From positions 5,270,001 to 5,334,000 of the forward strand of contig JAQFVV010000001.1 of assembly GCA_028023455.1 (NCBI GenBank): DNA of 64,000 bases, in the 5' to 3' direction. Below the pieces are notes generated by a model. That model saw nothing but the letters and a program-made list of their open reading frames with translations. It had not been told where the DNA came from and ran no database searches. Shown here piece by piece: positions 39,107 to 53,326 of the stretch. The DNA is from Epiperipatus broadwayi (Eukaryota > Animalia > Onychophora). The stretch's first letter is position 1. Each line of letters opens with the position of its first letter. The position numbers and the translations under genes are program-made.

Positions 39107-42100
39107 GTTTAAATCCCATCCAGCAGTGCCGGAAATTACTATCGGGTAAATTATGAGATCTGAAGTGGATAACATAATGATTCGAATGAAAATGATGTAA
39201 TAAAAATTTACAATTTAATACTATAATAAATGATTACATGTATACATAAATTATATTTGCAGGTTGAGCGTACATCTGCAATCAAAACGTTTAATTTCAC
39301 AGTTTTGGGACATAGGGTCTTACGGTTATAATATGTTGTTTTGGGCTAACATATATATAGATTGGGATGTGCAATAACTGGTGCAGTTAATATGTCAATG
39401 CTTGTAATAAACCATTCACCCTATAACCATATTAACGCTACATATTTGTAGCTGATGGCCGACTTAAACATATTGATATAATGTCCCTCAATTAGTTACA
39501 TTTAATTATTATTGCTTTTACGCCTGTACGGTGAAGTGATCATTGCGATTTATTACATTTACATGCATGACTGAGTACTATAATAATACACATTTACAAA
39601 AGAGGTGAGTCAATTTAATACGATCTCCAGTAAGACTGATTTGATCTCTTGGTTACAATGTTGATTAAAGACAGTTATTATGAATTATTATAAATATGAG
39701 ATTTATTTATAAATAGAAAATGAGGCTCGAAAATGCGAGCGAGACTCTTTAGGAACTTGATATTTTCACATACACAGAGAATCCAGGTTTAGATTGATCA
39801 TGGCATTATGCAAAAATATCATGTAGGCACACATTTAAAATTTAAAGAAATGGCGTTACTAGCATGATGTCAACTAGGAGTTCAATTCTTTTCTTTTAGC
39901 CAAGACAGTGCTTCAATATTGTAGAGAAAACATGAAACAAAACCCTCTATTCATTTCAGAATGTTCTTTTTATAAGAGCAGGTAGGATGTTGCGAAGGGC
40001 TGGTTGTTCCAGGACCGTCCCGTTGCAGAGCGTACCATACACTAACTGAAAATTCCAGGGTAGCGTGAATATCCGTTCATGGAAGGGAGACATATATAAA
40101 ATGGGTTCAGACTTCCGAATATCCCATCTGAGAATCATCCGAACTTTTGGAAGACTAATCTATGCCAATAACGCAAAGAAAAAAAAGAGAATGCCACTAA
40201 CGACTAATATAATTACCAGCTGTAATAATTTGATATTTAGTGCAATGATATGACTTAGTTTCTAAACCTGCATTAAGGGGATTACATATATATTAATTAA
40301 TAAATAACATAAAACAATTCTAATTCTAAATATCCCCCTGCATAATATCCGACAAACAAATCCCACATTCGTTTATTAGGTTGGGAGTATATTCTCCAAG
40401 AATGCTCTATGAGGGCATAGCCTTAACCAATTATCAAACTATTTGGATGGCGGTCATGCAATCATTGAAATAACAATAATAAAAAAAGAGAAGTTATTTT
40501 ATAGTGTTAATAGACAATATGAAATTTAACCTATTGAGTGAGCTGGTCGATTCATTTTGCTCTACCAATAAATAAATCGAATATTTTGTAAGTAAATATA
40601 TATTCTTTAAACATCAGTCAACCTGGCGAGTATATGCATTTATAATTTATAAAAATTATCGGGGTTTTTACTTTATGGAGACTGACAGACGGACTCATGA
40701 GGTTGAGTTCAATCGACATATTAATTCAAGTTAGAAGTAAAATATAAAACATGAAATACTAACAATAATTAATCATTTTACCGCACCAAAGTATGAGAAT
40801 AAAATAAAGTATAAAGAAAATACAGAATGGTTTAACTAGTTTATAGAAAGTCGTTAACATAGGTTATATTATACGACAGTTCAATGGCTTTGTATCATTC
40901 CCAATGAGATTAAAACATATATATATAAGTTAAGATAGAATAGACATTTGAATATCAAGTTTATGAACTAGTTTAATAAATCACAAAGGCTTTGGTGGCA
41001 GCAATTATTGATTACCTTTCGATGCTTTGAGGATCCAACGAATTGATAGGTTGGTGCTTGTATATGGTAATCTCTGGAATCCATGAGCATTTAATCAATT
41101 GATCTGGTAGCAGGCAGCTTTTCTTCAGGACTCACTATTTCTCCTATAATTTGGGGCAGTTCATCGGTTGGTAGTGGCTGAATGGCATTCTGGCAAGGGA
41201 AAGATCTGGAAAGGATGGTTTGATTTCCTCTACTCGTGTGTCATTAAAATTCTGGGTGGCATGGTGTAAGTTAGCTACTCGTTTGTAAAAGAAAACTTTT
41301 TTTAATATTAATTTTGTCACTATTTATATTCTGCCAAATTATTCAAGGCATGCTGTTACGAGTTTTACCTGAGGCAATGTCCATAGAGGCTTACCTCGCA
41401 TAATTGATTAGACAAAACTATGCTTTTGTCTTTCGTTAAGAGAAGATGCAAATAGTCGATAAGGTTTGAAAATATATTTAAATCTATTTCTAATTTTCGA
41501 CATAGATCTGACTAGATAACTGGAACAAATAGTTTCCATTAGCAATTTTAAATCTAAAATTAAATAATTTTAATTGAAGAAAGCAATTATTATCAAATTC
41601 GAATAATGGATTACTTCTGCCTAATTGTCCTATATTTTCTAAGTGCTTTCTAGAACCTTCTCAACATGTTGCATCATCTTTCCTGCCTTTTATAAATAAA
41701 ATAATAAAATAAAAATGAAATATATTACAGAAAATATTTAAAAATATTTATAATGATATTAATATACACTACTATACATCCGCATCCAGTCTATATATAT
41801 CAATGTACATACATGATTTTTCTTTTAAAAATATTAAATAAGAATTAATTTGATTACTTATTGTTTGCAAGTACACTTTGATATCTATATACTGAATATA
41901 CATATAATAATCAAGGAAATGGGGTGGGATGAGAGGTTTGAACTCTGCTGGTTGGTTGGTTTATATGTTGGACCATGAAACTAAATCTGAATCACAGATT
42001 GACCGCTTCAGTCTTCATATATCAAAAGTTAATATAAAAAAAGTACAATGCAAATTTTGAGCTGAAGATATTACAGAAAAAAGTCAGAGAAAAAGATAAT

Positions 42101-45100
42101 CTTATATGTAAAAATTTGTACAAAAAATATCTGTGGCAGATTGTGAATTAAATTTAGAAAAATGTTGCTAGATAAGAGGAAGACAATTTAACACTTTAAA
42201 TAGCAATTTAGGAAGTGTAATTGAATGGGATTGATGCCTTAGTGTGAAGATATAGTAATGAAAAAAAATTTTTTTTGAAGTATTCTCAAAATTATTATTA
42301 AATATGCTTATACTACAAAGTAAACTTAGAGGAAAAGTGAAACTTGCAATAATCAAAATAGATGTATCTATATAGTGAATAAATTAATTTAAATAAAGAA
42401 TTGAAGGAATAATTGAAAAATTTTGTGGCTAAGCAGGAAGAGTGGATGGTTTTCAATTGAAGTACAAATTTGGTAGCATAGGTATGAATTGTAAATTAGA
42501 TAAGTATTGCAGAATTCCAATTAGTAATTGAAAAAATAGTAAGGCAAGTTATAAAGTTTTAGAAAGACTTTGTGGATTGAGAGAATGTAATGTCATCTTA
42601 AATGAAACAAAGATCTGAAGTATTCATAATCATCAAATGACTATGTCATTGTAGTTTAACCCACTAATCATATAGAAAGATGATTTTAAAAAAAATTAGG
42701 ACAAAGATAATTAAGAAGAAAAGTGATACTTATAGAGAAGATTGAGATTTGCAAATAAATTCAGCCATTGCCAGGTAAATATGGCAATAATGATCATTGT
42801 TGGAAGAATTGCATAATCTTAAAAACAGAAATGGATGGTTGATCCGGGAAAATAGAGGTCTGACTAAAATTTAAAACTGAAGAGTGCCCATGTTATGATT
42901 CCAGTATCTTAGTCTATGATAAGAGTGGGAATTTAGATATTGGTATTTCTCTCTTTGAAGGATCTTCATATTAGATTTTAAAAAAAGTTCTTTAAAATAC
43001 ATATATACTGAAGCTCTACTTAAGCAATCTTGAAGTGAGAATACATTATTTTGTTGGTGGATAAATAATATCGAAATTAAATGGAGAAAAAAGAAAATAT
43101 ATAAGTAAAAAATGTGTATTTTTTCTTTTTTTGAAGGAGAAAAAATATTTTTATGAAATGCAGATTTTAATGTATGTGAATAAAAGATACATTTTAATAA
43201 TTCAAGACCAATACGTATGTAAAAATAGTGTTTGTGTAACTTTACTTCAAAAATATCAAAATTAGAAGTACACTGAGGAATTGCAAGCATATTTCTGAAT
43301 TTTTTGATTGTTAATTTGGAAGAGTGATTTTATCATTTTTGGGCCCTGCAGGTTTCAAATTATTATTGAATAATTTTAAAGAAAAACAGGTATATTGGGG
43401 TTTTTATTTTTAGTGTGACATAAACATTCTTGATAATTAGCTTTAATTAAAAGGAAAATCCTTGAAAAAAAATAACAGTAGGTCCAGCATTACTAAAAAA
43501 GCTATAAATAATGAAGACAAGAAAATCTTATAAAAAAAGTTTTTTTATTATTTGAGTCACTTAGAAAAAGAGATCAATTATTGTACTCTCTAAAACTGCT
43601 CATTGACAAGTAGAAAAAAGTTTTCCTAAAACTTTTGTTCATATTATGTAATAGTGCAACTTGTAATTATATGCAAAGAGTTTAAGCTACTAAAATCTTT
43701 GCTCTTTTAAAAATTCTTAGAATCAAAGAAAAGTTATGTTGTTTTTTTTTTTTAGGTTCATTTTGAATGAAATTTTAATTTTCTTGTTCGCGGCAGTAAA
43801 ATAATGAGTGTATAATATAATTGCATGAGATGAGACAGTGGGGTTGTTAATTACACAGGCAAATAACACTTAAACTTTATGAATTTCTAATTTAATTAAT
43901 ATTTTTTTCAAAACTGTAAGTTTTGAAATTACTGATGCTATAGTCAACAAACTATATTTCAGTACAGTAATAGTATGAGCCAAAAAAAAAAAATTCAGTC
44001 AAGTGTTATTTATATCTTGTAGGCCCAAGTAAATTTACTGGAAACCGGTCATTATTTAGAAAATTTCACTCTAGCAAGATATAAGCCAATTATTATCAGG
44101 TGACTCCAAATTAAAATGTTCTAGTGATTATATATCTAGCATTTTCTTAATTGGCTTATCATATCTTTTTTTTTTATCACCAAATTTTCTGAGCAATATA
44201 AAATTTTCTTATAAATTAAGTTGCTTCATGACAAAAATAGGCAATTTTAATTTGATTATTTGTGCTTTAAACTAATTCAGTTCTAATCTGATTCAAGCAT
44301 CCATGGAATTTTCAATAGTCTATATTAGCACCACAGTCGAAAAGGACCGACACTTTTGTATTCCTCATGATCTACTTTCCATAGTAATAATCACAGGAAC
44401 ACTAGTTTTAGCATTTCTAATCTTTATTTTTTAAAAATATATACTACATCCGAAAATCTTTTTTTGGGGATTTTAGTTGTGTTTTGAATATTAAATTTTT
44501 TTTATATTGTTAATGCATGATCCAAGAGGATAAAAATAATAACCACTTCATGCTTTCTATATTAATTTTGAAGCAAGATAATGATCTTGTTATAATTGTT
44601 TTTAGCTGTAATGTTTTGAGCATTTTTTTAAAACTTTTCTAATGATTGTTGAGTTTTTTTTGCTATTTTCAGCTGTAAGTGTAGTGTCATCAGCACATCT
44701 AATTTTTTTTTTTTTTCTTCAATTCTGAATCCATGTTTTTTTTTCTGTCATACCTGGTTTTATATATATATATATATAGTACCCTCGTTAGAAACCAACA
44801 TAACAATACACATCTACTATACTAGTTCAACGATGAATGACACAGTATAAGAATAATACAATATGAGACTTTCTATCATAACTAAAATATACGAGACATA
44901 TAAACCTAAGATAAACTTTTTAAGGACAGTCACAGCATAAGAGGCTTTAACATTGAGAAGCATATAAAATATACTCCACAATGGCATTGCTATTGTAGAA
45001 ATCCTCCAGTTACTATATTATAATCATTAAGATAATTCCTACAACAGTGACTAACATAATATTTCATTTGAAATAATTAATCAACTATTCTTCTATAATT

Positions 45101-48100
45101 TAAGATATAAAAAAAATAAGAATATTAAAACAGACTAAATTAATTGAAATCAATGCTATTCTATGGATATCTCAGGGATCATGATTATTCCTTGCTAAAA
45201 GATAATATAACAATTATATTTGGTATTTAAATAATTGAATCACAAGAGGGATTTTGTTGAAATTCAACTATAATTACACTTACAATATAAACTAAACTTC
45301 TTATTTGAAAATTAATCTAATAAAGATAGATTAAGATTAATGATCACAATTTATTTACTTACTTTTGCTTAAATAATTTAGTTAACCTTCCTAATATTTA
45401 TTCTCAGACTTATACAAATAACCATCATAAAGTAGAATAATCATTTTGTTATTATCAAAAACCACAATCATTATCTCATATCATCTCACTCAATAAAATA
45501 CATTTATTAATTAGCAATTATCCATTTAAATTGTATTTTTCAAAAACACAAACACTCTAAGATTTGAAATTTAAAACACAAACACTCTAAGATTTGAAAT
45601 TTAATCTATAAAATAAATATTAAATGGATTTTAAAATCAGAATGTGGTTCTTAAGAAATGCTCTGCTCTTATAATACTATTGAATTTTAAATAAATCTTG
45701 AAGGTTTTTTCATATTTAAAAAAAAAAATGAATCAATAAAATATTACTTAATGCAATTATAATTTCTAAATAATAAGTAATTATTAATTATAAATTATTT
45801 AATCTGACCTTTTAAATAAAATATTCAATAACTATGCAATAAATATATTTTATATAATGTCTTTATTTGAATTATATGCTTTATGGATATGACATTGTGA
45901 TAGAAATAACTTTAAACTGAAATAAAGCTACTAGTCCAAAATTCAAATTATAATGATTATTTATTTTAACAATAATAACAATTAATAACAACCAATTATA
46001 AATAACAGATAACATAGTTAATCTACAAAATTAATATTTAAATGGTTACAAATTTATAATACAATTATTTACATTAAAAAAAAACAAAAAAAAACAACTT
46101 CCTTTCATTCCAGCATTTACATTATATTATTAATCAATCTAAGTTTATTTATTATTACCTAGTTTGTTTTCCTTAGTGTTATTAATTAATTTACCACTCA
46201 TGATTTTATTTTGTGGGATATTTTTCTGATCCTCCTTCACATAATTACATAATATTTTATACTTCAAAGTATTTAAATTATATTATTTTATTACCATTCA
46301 CACTTAACTTTGCATGAAAATGTGTTAGTAAAATTTACAGACAAAATTATTTGTTGTGGTAATTCTCAAATAATACCAATAACATATTTAAACAAATAAT
46401 TTGAATCAAGAATTCTTTATCATAAAACTATCCTTTTATTTATGCACTCTTCACATCTCTCACTCACCTTTTTATTCTTATTTTGATCTCACATATATTT
46501 AAAACTATAAGTTATTTAGATTTAATTAAATACAAAATTATTTTTGTATATGGTTTTTCTATTTTTAATACCAATTTTATAAACTTAGGAAGAAAAAAAT
46601 CCATAAAATTCATATAAAATAAGTAATCAACTTTCGATGCCTACAACATATAAAACTTTACAGATAAGAAACTGATTTTACTAAATTATTTTATTAAAGT
46701 ACAGGAATGGGGGTCTCCTCTCTATATAACATGTTATAATTTGGAAGATAGTCACTTTTCCTTAATGATTCTATCTTGTTATCATGGTTTATTCGTCTTG
46801 CTCATTTGGAATATATTTATTTTCTATAGGAAAATCCTTTCATCTCCTCATAACAAAACATATCTATATGGGGATCACACTGATCAATCCCATCAAAATA
46901 TCATCAGATATTCATGATAGTATTTTATCCTATCTGTAATTTTAACTTATCCTTCTACACTATATTTTAACATCTACGATTGTAAACTAATTCTTATCTA
47001 ATAATATAATCCCATCTTGTCTATCAATCATTTATCTATCAACCTTATAAATCAAGTTGCAAAACAAATTGTTTACTATGACAAATGTCAATATTATTTC
47101 TTTCCAATACAAAATTCGAGATCATAATTATTTTCCAGTCTAACCATTCATTCCATTTTATACTTTCATATATCATATGAAAATTATTATGGTATATTTA
47201 ATTTTATTTCCATAGAATCCCATTTCTTGATTCATCACCATTATATTAATTCACTCGTTGAATATACTTTACAACAATAAATTATTAAATTTATTTAATA
47301 ATAATTTTACCACAATCCAATTTTTAAATCTTATTTATTAAAGAACTTGACTTTAAATTATTATTTTACCCACACAAAACTTTTACATTATAACTCATGT
47401 ATACCATATTAATTATATTAGCACACGTTTTCGTCTTTAAAATTAAACATCTAATAATATATTGGTACATTTTAATTCTTAGAAATCAATTGCATATAAA
47501 ATTATTTCATCTATTTCCAATCTTATTATGCATATTGATGTTTTATATCAAAATATTAACCATAACATCTAGAATTAAAAAAAATTTTCTTTTTCTTTTT
47601 TAAGGATAATTTATTTCACCTCCTGGCTCAATATCACTATAGTAACCAAACCGACGATTCAAAGTTCCTTGCGAGTTCTTGATTTCTCCTCACCTTTTTC
47701 TCGCAACCCTTTTAAACTTATGTAAAATATTTAAAAAATAAACACAAACAACAACTATGAGCTAGATATATCTTCTTTTAATTTTTAGAACTTGATGATT
47801 TTTAAACTTAAATTTGCATAAATATTTAAGAACCATATAATCATAAAATAGTTTAATGAATATTCAAAAAGAATTTTTGAATATTATTTTTTTTCCAATG
47901 CTAAAACAGTGAGATACATAATGTTAGTTTATGAGTAAGCTTCACTTTCACTCTTTATTTTATTTTATTTCGTAGTTTTCTTTTTATTATACAAAGAAAT
48001 TCATTTAATTTTAGAGTACTATCATATTTATTATTATTATTAGTTATTATTAAAGATCAACAGCCTTTCCTGTTAGCTCTTTTACTCTTGCAATATTTTT

Positions 48101-49289
48101 CTTATGACAAAATAATCTTATTTGCTAAAATAAAATATATTCTTCATCTTTATAAGCTTTTTTTATCTTATATAAAACACAATAAATGTCAATTATTATA
48201 TCCAACTGTTCTATAACTAATTAGGCATTAATTATGTGATAAATTGTTTTTTTTTCTGATTTTGCAATGTTAACTATAACATATTAGTTATTTTAATTCA
48301 TAAGAGAATTATTTCACTTATAGTTTTCCACTAATTGATTACTTTAGAATTGATAAATTAGTTTTATACATTTGTAAAAATTTATTGCTTTGTATTTTAT
48401 ATTCATTCCTCTGAACATATACATTACTAAATAAATCAATTAACCTGGTAGACATAAACAAATGTTCTCTCACGTGCCAACAACTGAAATTTTTAAATGA
48501 CTGAAGTTTGTATTTTCTTTCCACAGTTTTTTCCAATATCTTTAACTGTTATTTTAAAATTCCATCAATTATTATTTTCCAATTATGATTTGAAGTCCAA
48601 GACTGTAATTAAGTCCTGATGAAGAAACTGGTTTAACCTTTTCGCTTGCAAGCAGCCATATTGAATATTTAAAAAATTATGCTAAGCCACAAATTTTATC
48701 ATAACTTTTAAGTTTTATTAATAAAAAATAGCATAATATATATTGTTTTAAAGATCATACACCAAAGAATGTAATTAAACTGAAAAAAATATAGTCATTG
48801 ATATTCAAAATAATAAAAAAAAGAATAAAAGTAATATTTCTAATAATTATTTTCATATTATTTCATAAATTCTAAATTATCATGCATACAACTTAAAATT
48901 ATATATTTTTTAGTAGATTAGTTGGATTCATCATAAAATTTTTAAAAAATTAGTATATAATAACACTTACTTAAGGTAATCCATCACTTGAAAACTTCAG
49001 AGAATAAAGACATTAGTACCTTCCATTTTTCTCTGTAGCTCTTCAAAATGTATTTCCATACAGGAGTTTGCAATGTATATGTCATCCCTAATAACATCCC
49101 TTATAACAAGTAGTTGATATTGATAAATAATTAGTATAATTTGAATATTATAATAAATAACTTCAATACAGTTTGTAATTTATTAAAAAGTACTAAAATA
49201 GTTACTATATACAAAATAAAATAGAAAGTTACTGGAATACTAAATTCATTATAGAATTAAGTTTGAGGTACACAAGTTAGTAGTTTAGA

Positions 49290-49475
49290 GTCAGAGCGAT
49301 GTAGTATTATTTATCCTATCTTTATAGCTTTGAGGGCTCATATTGCTTCATGCAATTATGACCATAAATTTAGTAATAGCTTCATCAACTGCCACCTCTC
49401 TTTGCATTTGATATGCAGCTTTGAAATTTACATTGCAGTAGTGTATAATCGACCTAAGTTTATATACTGTCAAAA
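49290..49475 (-). pseudogene. piggyBac-family transposase fragment
   Basis: YKLRSIIHYCNVNFKAAYQMQREVAVDEAITKF then, after a frameshift, MKQYEPSK; matches the piggyBac catalytic block YKIRPLIDxLNxxF...SxDExMxxFKGR...KQYxPxKP. Confidence 0.7.
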
Positions 49476-49760
49476 TCTTGACTTTTTGCATTTGCGTATT
49501 TTTATTATTATTAAAATGCAGATAAAACATTATAGAAAAATCTTAATCGGGTCATAATATTTGTAAAATATGTTTAATAATAATTAAAAATAAAATAATA
49601 ATGTATAATCGACCTAAGTTTATATACTGTCAAAATCTTTACTTTTAGCATTTGCATATTTTTATTATTATTAAAATGTAGACAAAACATTATAGAAAAA
49701 TCTAAATCGTGTCATAATATTTGCAAAATATGTTTAATAATAATTAAAAATAAATAATAA
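49442..49760. repeat. ~160-bp tandem duplication
   Basis: The unit starting GTATAATCGACCTAAG occurs twice with few differences. Confidence 0.9.
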
Positions 49761-49959
49761 TGCTCTTATAGAAAGTGATAGAATTGAATTGCAATCCATT
49801 TAGATATTTAGTCTGCCACTTTGTCTTTACACTAAAAGCTATGACTCTAATAATGATACGGAGAACAATTTAAGCAATAAAATAGCAATAAACTATGATT
49901 TTAAAATAGATATTCATGTCACATGTGCACCACTTTTGTAATTGAATAATATATTATAT

Positions 49960-51630
49960 AACTTGCCCAATTTGTCAAGGTTTCTTCTCAAAGTTCTAAT
50001 CATTTGGCATACAAACTCTAGTCCTTTGTCAGGGATTCTAGACACTGTAGAATTGATCAAGAACATGAAAATTGAAAACTGACTTACTGGTAAGTTTTGA
50101 TGTGGAAAGTTTTTTCACAAGTGTAGCATGTGAAGAAGCATTGTCTATTATAAAGAAAAGAGAAAATGGTGATAATAGCTCCTATTAATAGTATAATGGA
50201 ACTATTAACATTCTGCATAAAAACAACTGACTTTCAATATAATACAGAATTCTTTTAACAAAATCAAGGTATTGTTATGGGCTCACCATTGTCATCCCTG
50301 ATTAGCAATATTTACATGAAAGAACTTGAAAGTACAATCATAAAAACTACCCCATATCCATCTAAAGTTTGGCTTCGCTATGTAAATGATACAATTGTTG
50401 TAATGCCACATGGTGAACATTACTACAAACTTTCTGGAAACACATCAACAACATATCCCCTTCAATCAAATTCACAATAGAATCAGAACAAGAACAAAAT
50501 TGGTATTCTTAGATGTTCTTGTGATAAGACAGACTTCTTCATGGCAAAATCAAAACTACAGTTTACTGAAAACCCACACATACAAAAAAAATACTTAGCC
50601 TATAATCCAATCACACCAGAAACACAAAACATGGAATTATACTATCAATATGGACAGAGTAAAAGAAGTATGTTCAGAAACCAGTGATTTGGGAAAAAAA
50701 AAAGATCTATATAGAACAAACTTATGAAAAATGGTTATCCATCAGCTGTTATTATGAAAACCTTAAATAGATAGCAAAAAGAACCATAAAAAGAAAAAAA
50801 ACAATTATTGGTACTGTAGTGTATCCATACATACCAAAAAATGGCAGACAAATTGAGGAAAATTTGCAATCAAGATAATATCAGAACAGCTTTCTAGAGT
50901 CATACCACACTATGAAGAATTCTAACATCTACAAAGCCTAAACTTGAAATGCTGAAAAGAAAAAAACTGCATCTATGAAATACCTTATGTGAATGTTGAA
51001 AAATGTATATTGGTGAAACCAGTCATCCCATTGAAAAGTGCTTGCAAGAGAGACAACAGGTGTGTCTAAGGTAGCAGACTTTGTATGTATCAATGAACAT
51101 ATGTTCAATTGGGGAAAATAGACAAATATTGGATAGAGAAGAAAAGGTACAAAGAGGAAACTTTAAGAGCTGCTCATATGACAATGACAAACAATCCCAT
51201 AAGTCAACCTAGTGTGACTATACATAATCTATGGAAATCACTAATCAACTTTGCTCTTAGAAAAAAGTGGAGAAATCAGGAAAAAACTCATAGATAAGCA
51301 TATGAAATTTCTACTGAGTGTTGTCTTTGGCAGGATGGCTCAATTGGTTAGAGCATTACCTTAAAAATTCAATACTCAAAGAATCTAAGGGTCCAGGTTT
51401 GATCCCCATGCTAGTATTGTCACTAGTCAGGCTAGCAAGACCTGAAAAAGAGGGGAGAATAATACCTCTTGAAACATTGTGCATATACTAATTTGGGTGC
51501 TATTACTAACAGTTGAATGTATTTGGAATATTTAAATAAAGTTAAATTTTTAATACTCGTATTAGATGATAGAAATAGTCCAACATATAAATACAACTAA
51601 AATGCCATTGTCACATACTTTCAGGAAAAC
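49960..51630 (+). mobile_element. Penelope-like retroelement (RT + GIY-YIG + pLTR), frameshifted; family P copy 3
   Basis: RT motifs LVSFDVESFFTSV, MGSPLSSLISNIYM, WLRYVNDT, FLDVLV; GIY-YIG NCIYEIP...MYIGETSH; the 3' pLTR 51200-51630 is homologous to 20500-20938. Confidence 0.9.
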
Positions 51631-53185
51631 ACATTGCAATACAGTCTAGGACTCAGTTCTTTATATCAGTTTATTTGGTCTATATATATATCACATCATG
51701 AATAAGATCATTATTTACCAAAAACTAGAAAATAATATATTGTTTACCAATATTATGAAAAAATCTGCTTTTTTTTTTGTAAATGGCTATCATATGCGCA
51801 TTATTCTTTCTTTTATAAGCTATCTATCAAGTTTTATTGGAATACTACTGTTCATGTCTCTTATACTAAAATAAATACATAAAAAATTAAGCTAATAGTA
51901 GAAACAATTATTGCTATTTTCTCTTGTAATAGGACTTAATTGAAATATTATGCTTTCTGATGTTTGATTTTCAAAAATATAAACACAAATTCTTAAAATA
52001 ATAATAAAAAAAAAATACAGATCGAAAATTTTCCTCTACTTTAAAATGCACTCTTAAGAATTCTGAGAAAATCAAAAAAAGGCTTGGCTAATAGTTCTTC
52101 ATTTATACCCAAACTTCATTAAAATTAGGACGTAATATTATCTTTAATATCATTGTTATCCTCATCTATATAGCCTCTACTTTTATGTAATAGTAGATAG
52201 TAACAATGCTTATCTGCAAGTTAAGGATTCTCAGATAATAAAATATATGCAAATAATTAGCTTTGGGAGATACTTTCCTCTCAGCTGTTTCTGATGGATA
52301 GTGTGGTAAGTGCTTGTAATTTTTTTATGATAGTTTAAAAGTAGATATTATTGGCAATACTTTAAAGAGTGATTATTTAAAATTATATCAAAGGAATATA
52401 ATAGCTTTATTTCATTTTAATTAAAATAAAATAAATCAAATTATTAAATAACAAAGGTATTTTGGGCAGTTTTCTCCACCAAAATATGTGATTATATTTT
52501 CACTAAATGAAATTGGTCTCTGTATAGGCAGCAGAAGAAGCAATAAAACATCTGAGATAGTTGTTGCTGTTTTCCATGAAAAGTTTGTTATAATGGTCTT
52601 GAATTTCCAATCTTATATGAAAAAATAAAATAAAAAGGCCAAATTATTTATTCATGTCTTTTATTTATCTAAAAATCAGTGCTTATATCCTTTCTGAACT
52701 ATTGTTTTAAAAACCCATCATAAAATATTGCCTTTGTTATCAAATGTATCTTAATCTTAAAGTTCTTTTTTTTTTTATTATTAAAATATAGTTCTGTATG
52801 GCTTCAATTATTTAATCTTAATAAAAATCTTAATTGTCACCTCTAAACTTTTCTTAGAATAAATTTTAAACTTATTACATATTTCTTTTACAGTACTAAG
52901 AAAGCTTTGTGTATATTAAATATTCTCAACAGTCATATTAAATATAGGTTATAATGCCTCAAAAGCAATACTTGAAATTTTGTAGTCATTGTCAATGTAA
53001 TTGGCTCATCAGTTCCATTTTTAAACTTCATTATATATATATATATTTAATTGACATTAATAATATATATATTTAAAATCGAAAATGTAATGAAATATTT
53101 ATTGTAGAATGCACACACATACTCTTCTGTAATATATATATATGTTCCAGTTGTTTTTATATTAATTTTTTATTATATTTATTAG

Positions 53186-53326
53186 CAGGAAGAGTAATAT
53201 TTGAGTTGTTTAAAGATATAGTTCCAAAGACAGTGGAAAACTTTCGTGCATTGTGTACTGGGGAAAAGGGTATTGGGCCAATTTCGGGAAAACCCTTGCA
53301 TTATAAAGGATGTACATTTCATAGGA
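53186..53326 (+). CDS. PPID: Cyp40/PPID-like, coding exon 2
   Basis: Acceptor ATTAG; in phase with exon 1 gives (T)[46 protein letters not shown]; GTAAGT donor at 53327; includes the divergent loop of Cyp40-type cyclophilins. Confidence 0.92.

Noticed and set aside
41930-42030. SINE- or HHR-like stretch
   Set aside because: No GAAA in the right position on either strand, and no second copy in the window.
42168-43290. AT-rich ORFs of 60-139 aa here and elsewhere in the ORF track
   Set aside because: Low-complexity I/F/L/K/Y-rich translations with no motifs, as expected by chance.
47610-47715. CpG-containing micro-island as a nested exon
   Set aside because: No frame has both good splice sites and a recognisable peptide.
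48610-48640. CTGATGAAGAAACTGGTTT as a hammerhead
   Set aside because: No stem II between the core halves, no stem I and no flanking foldback.
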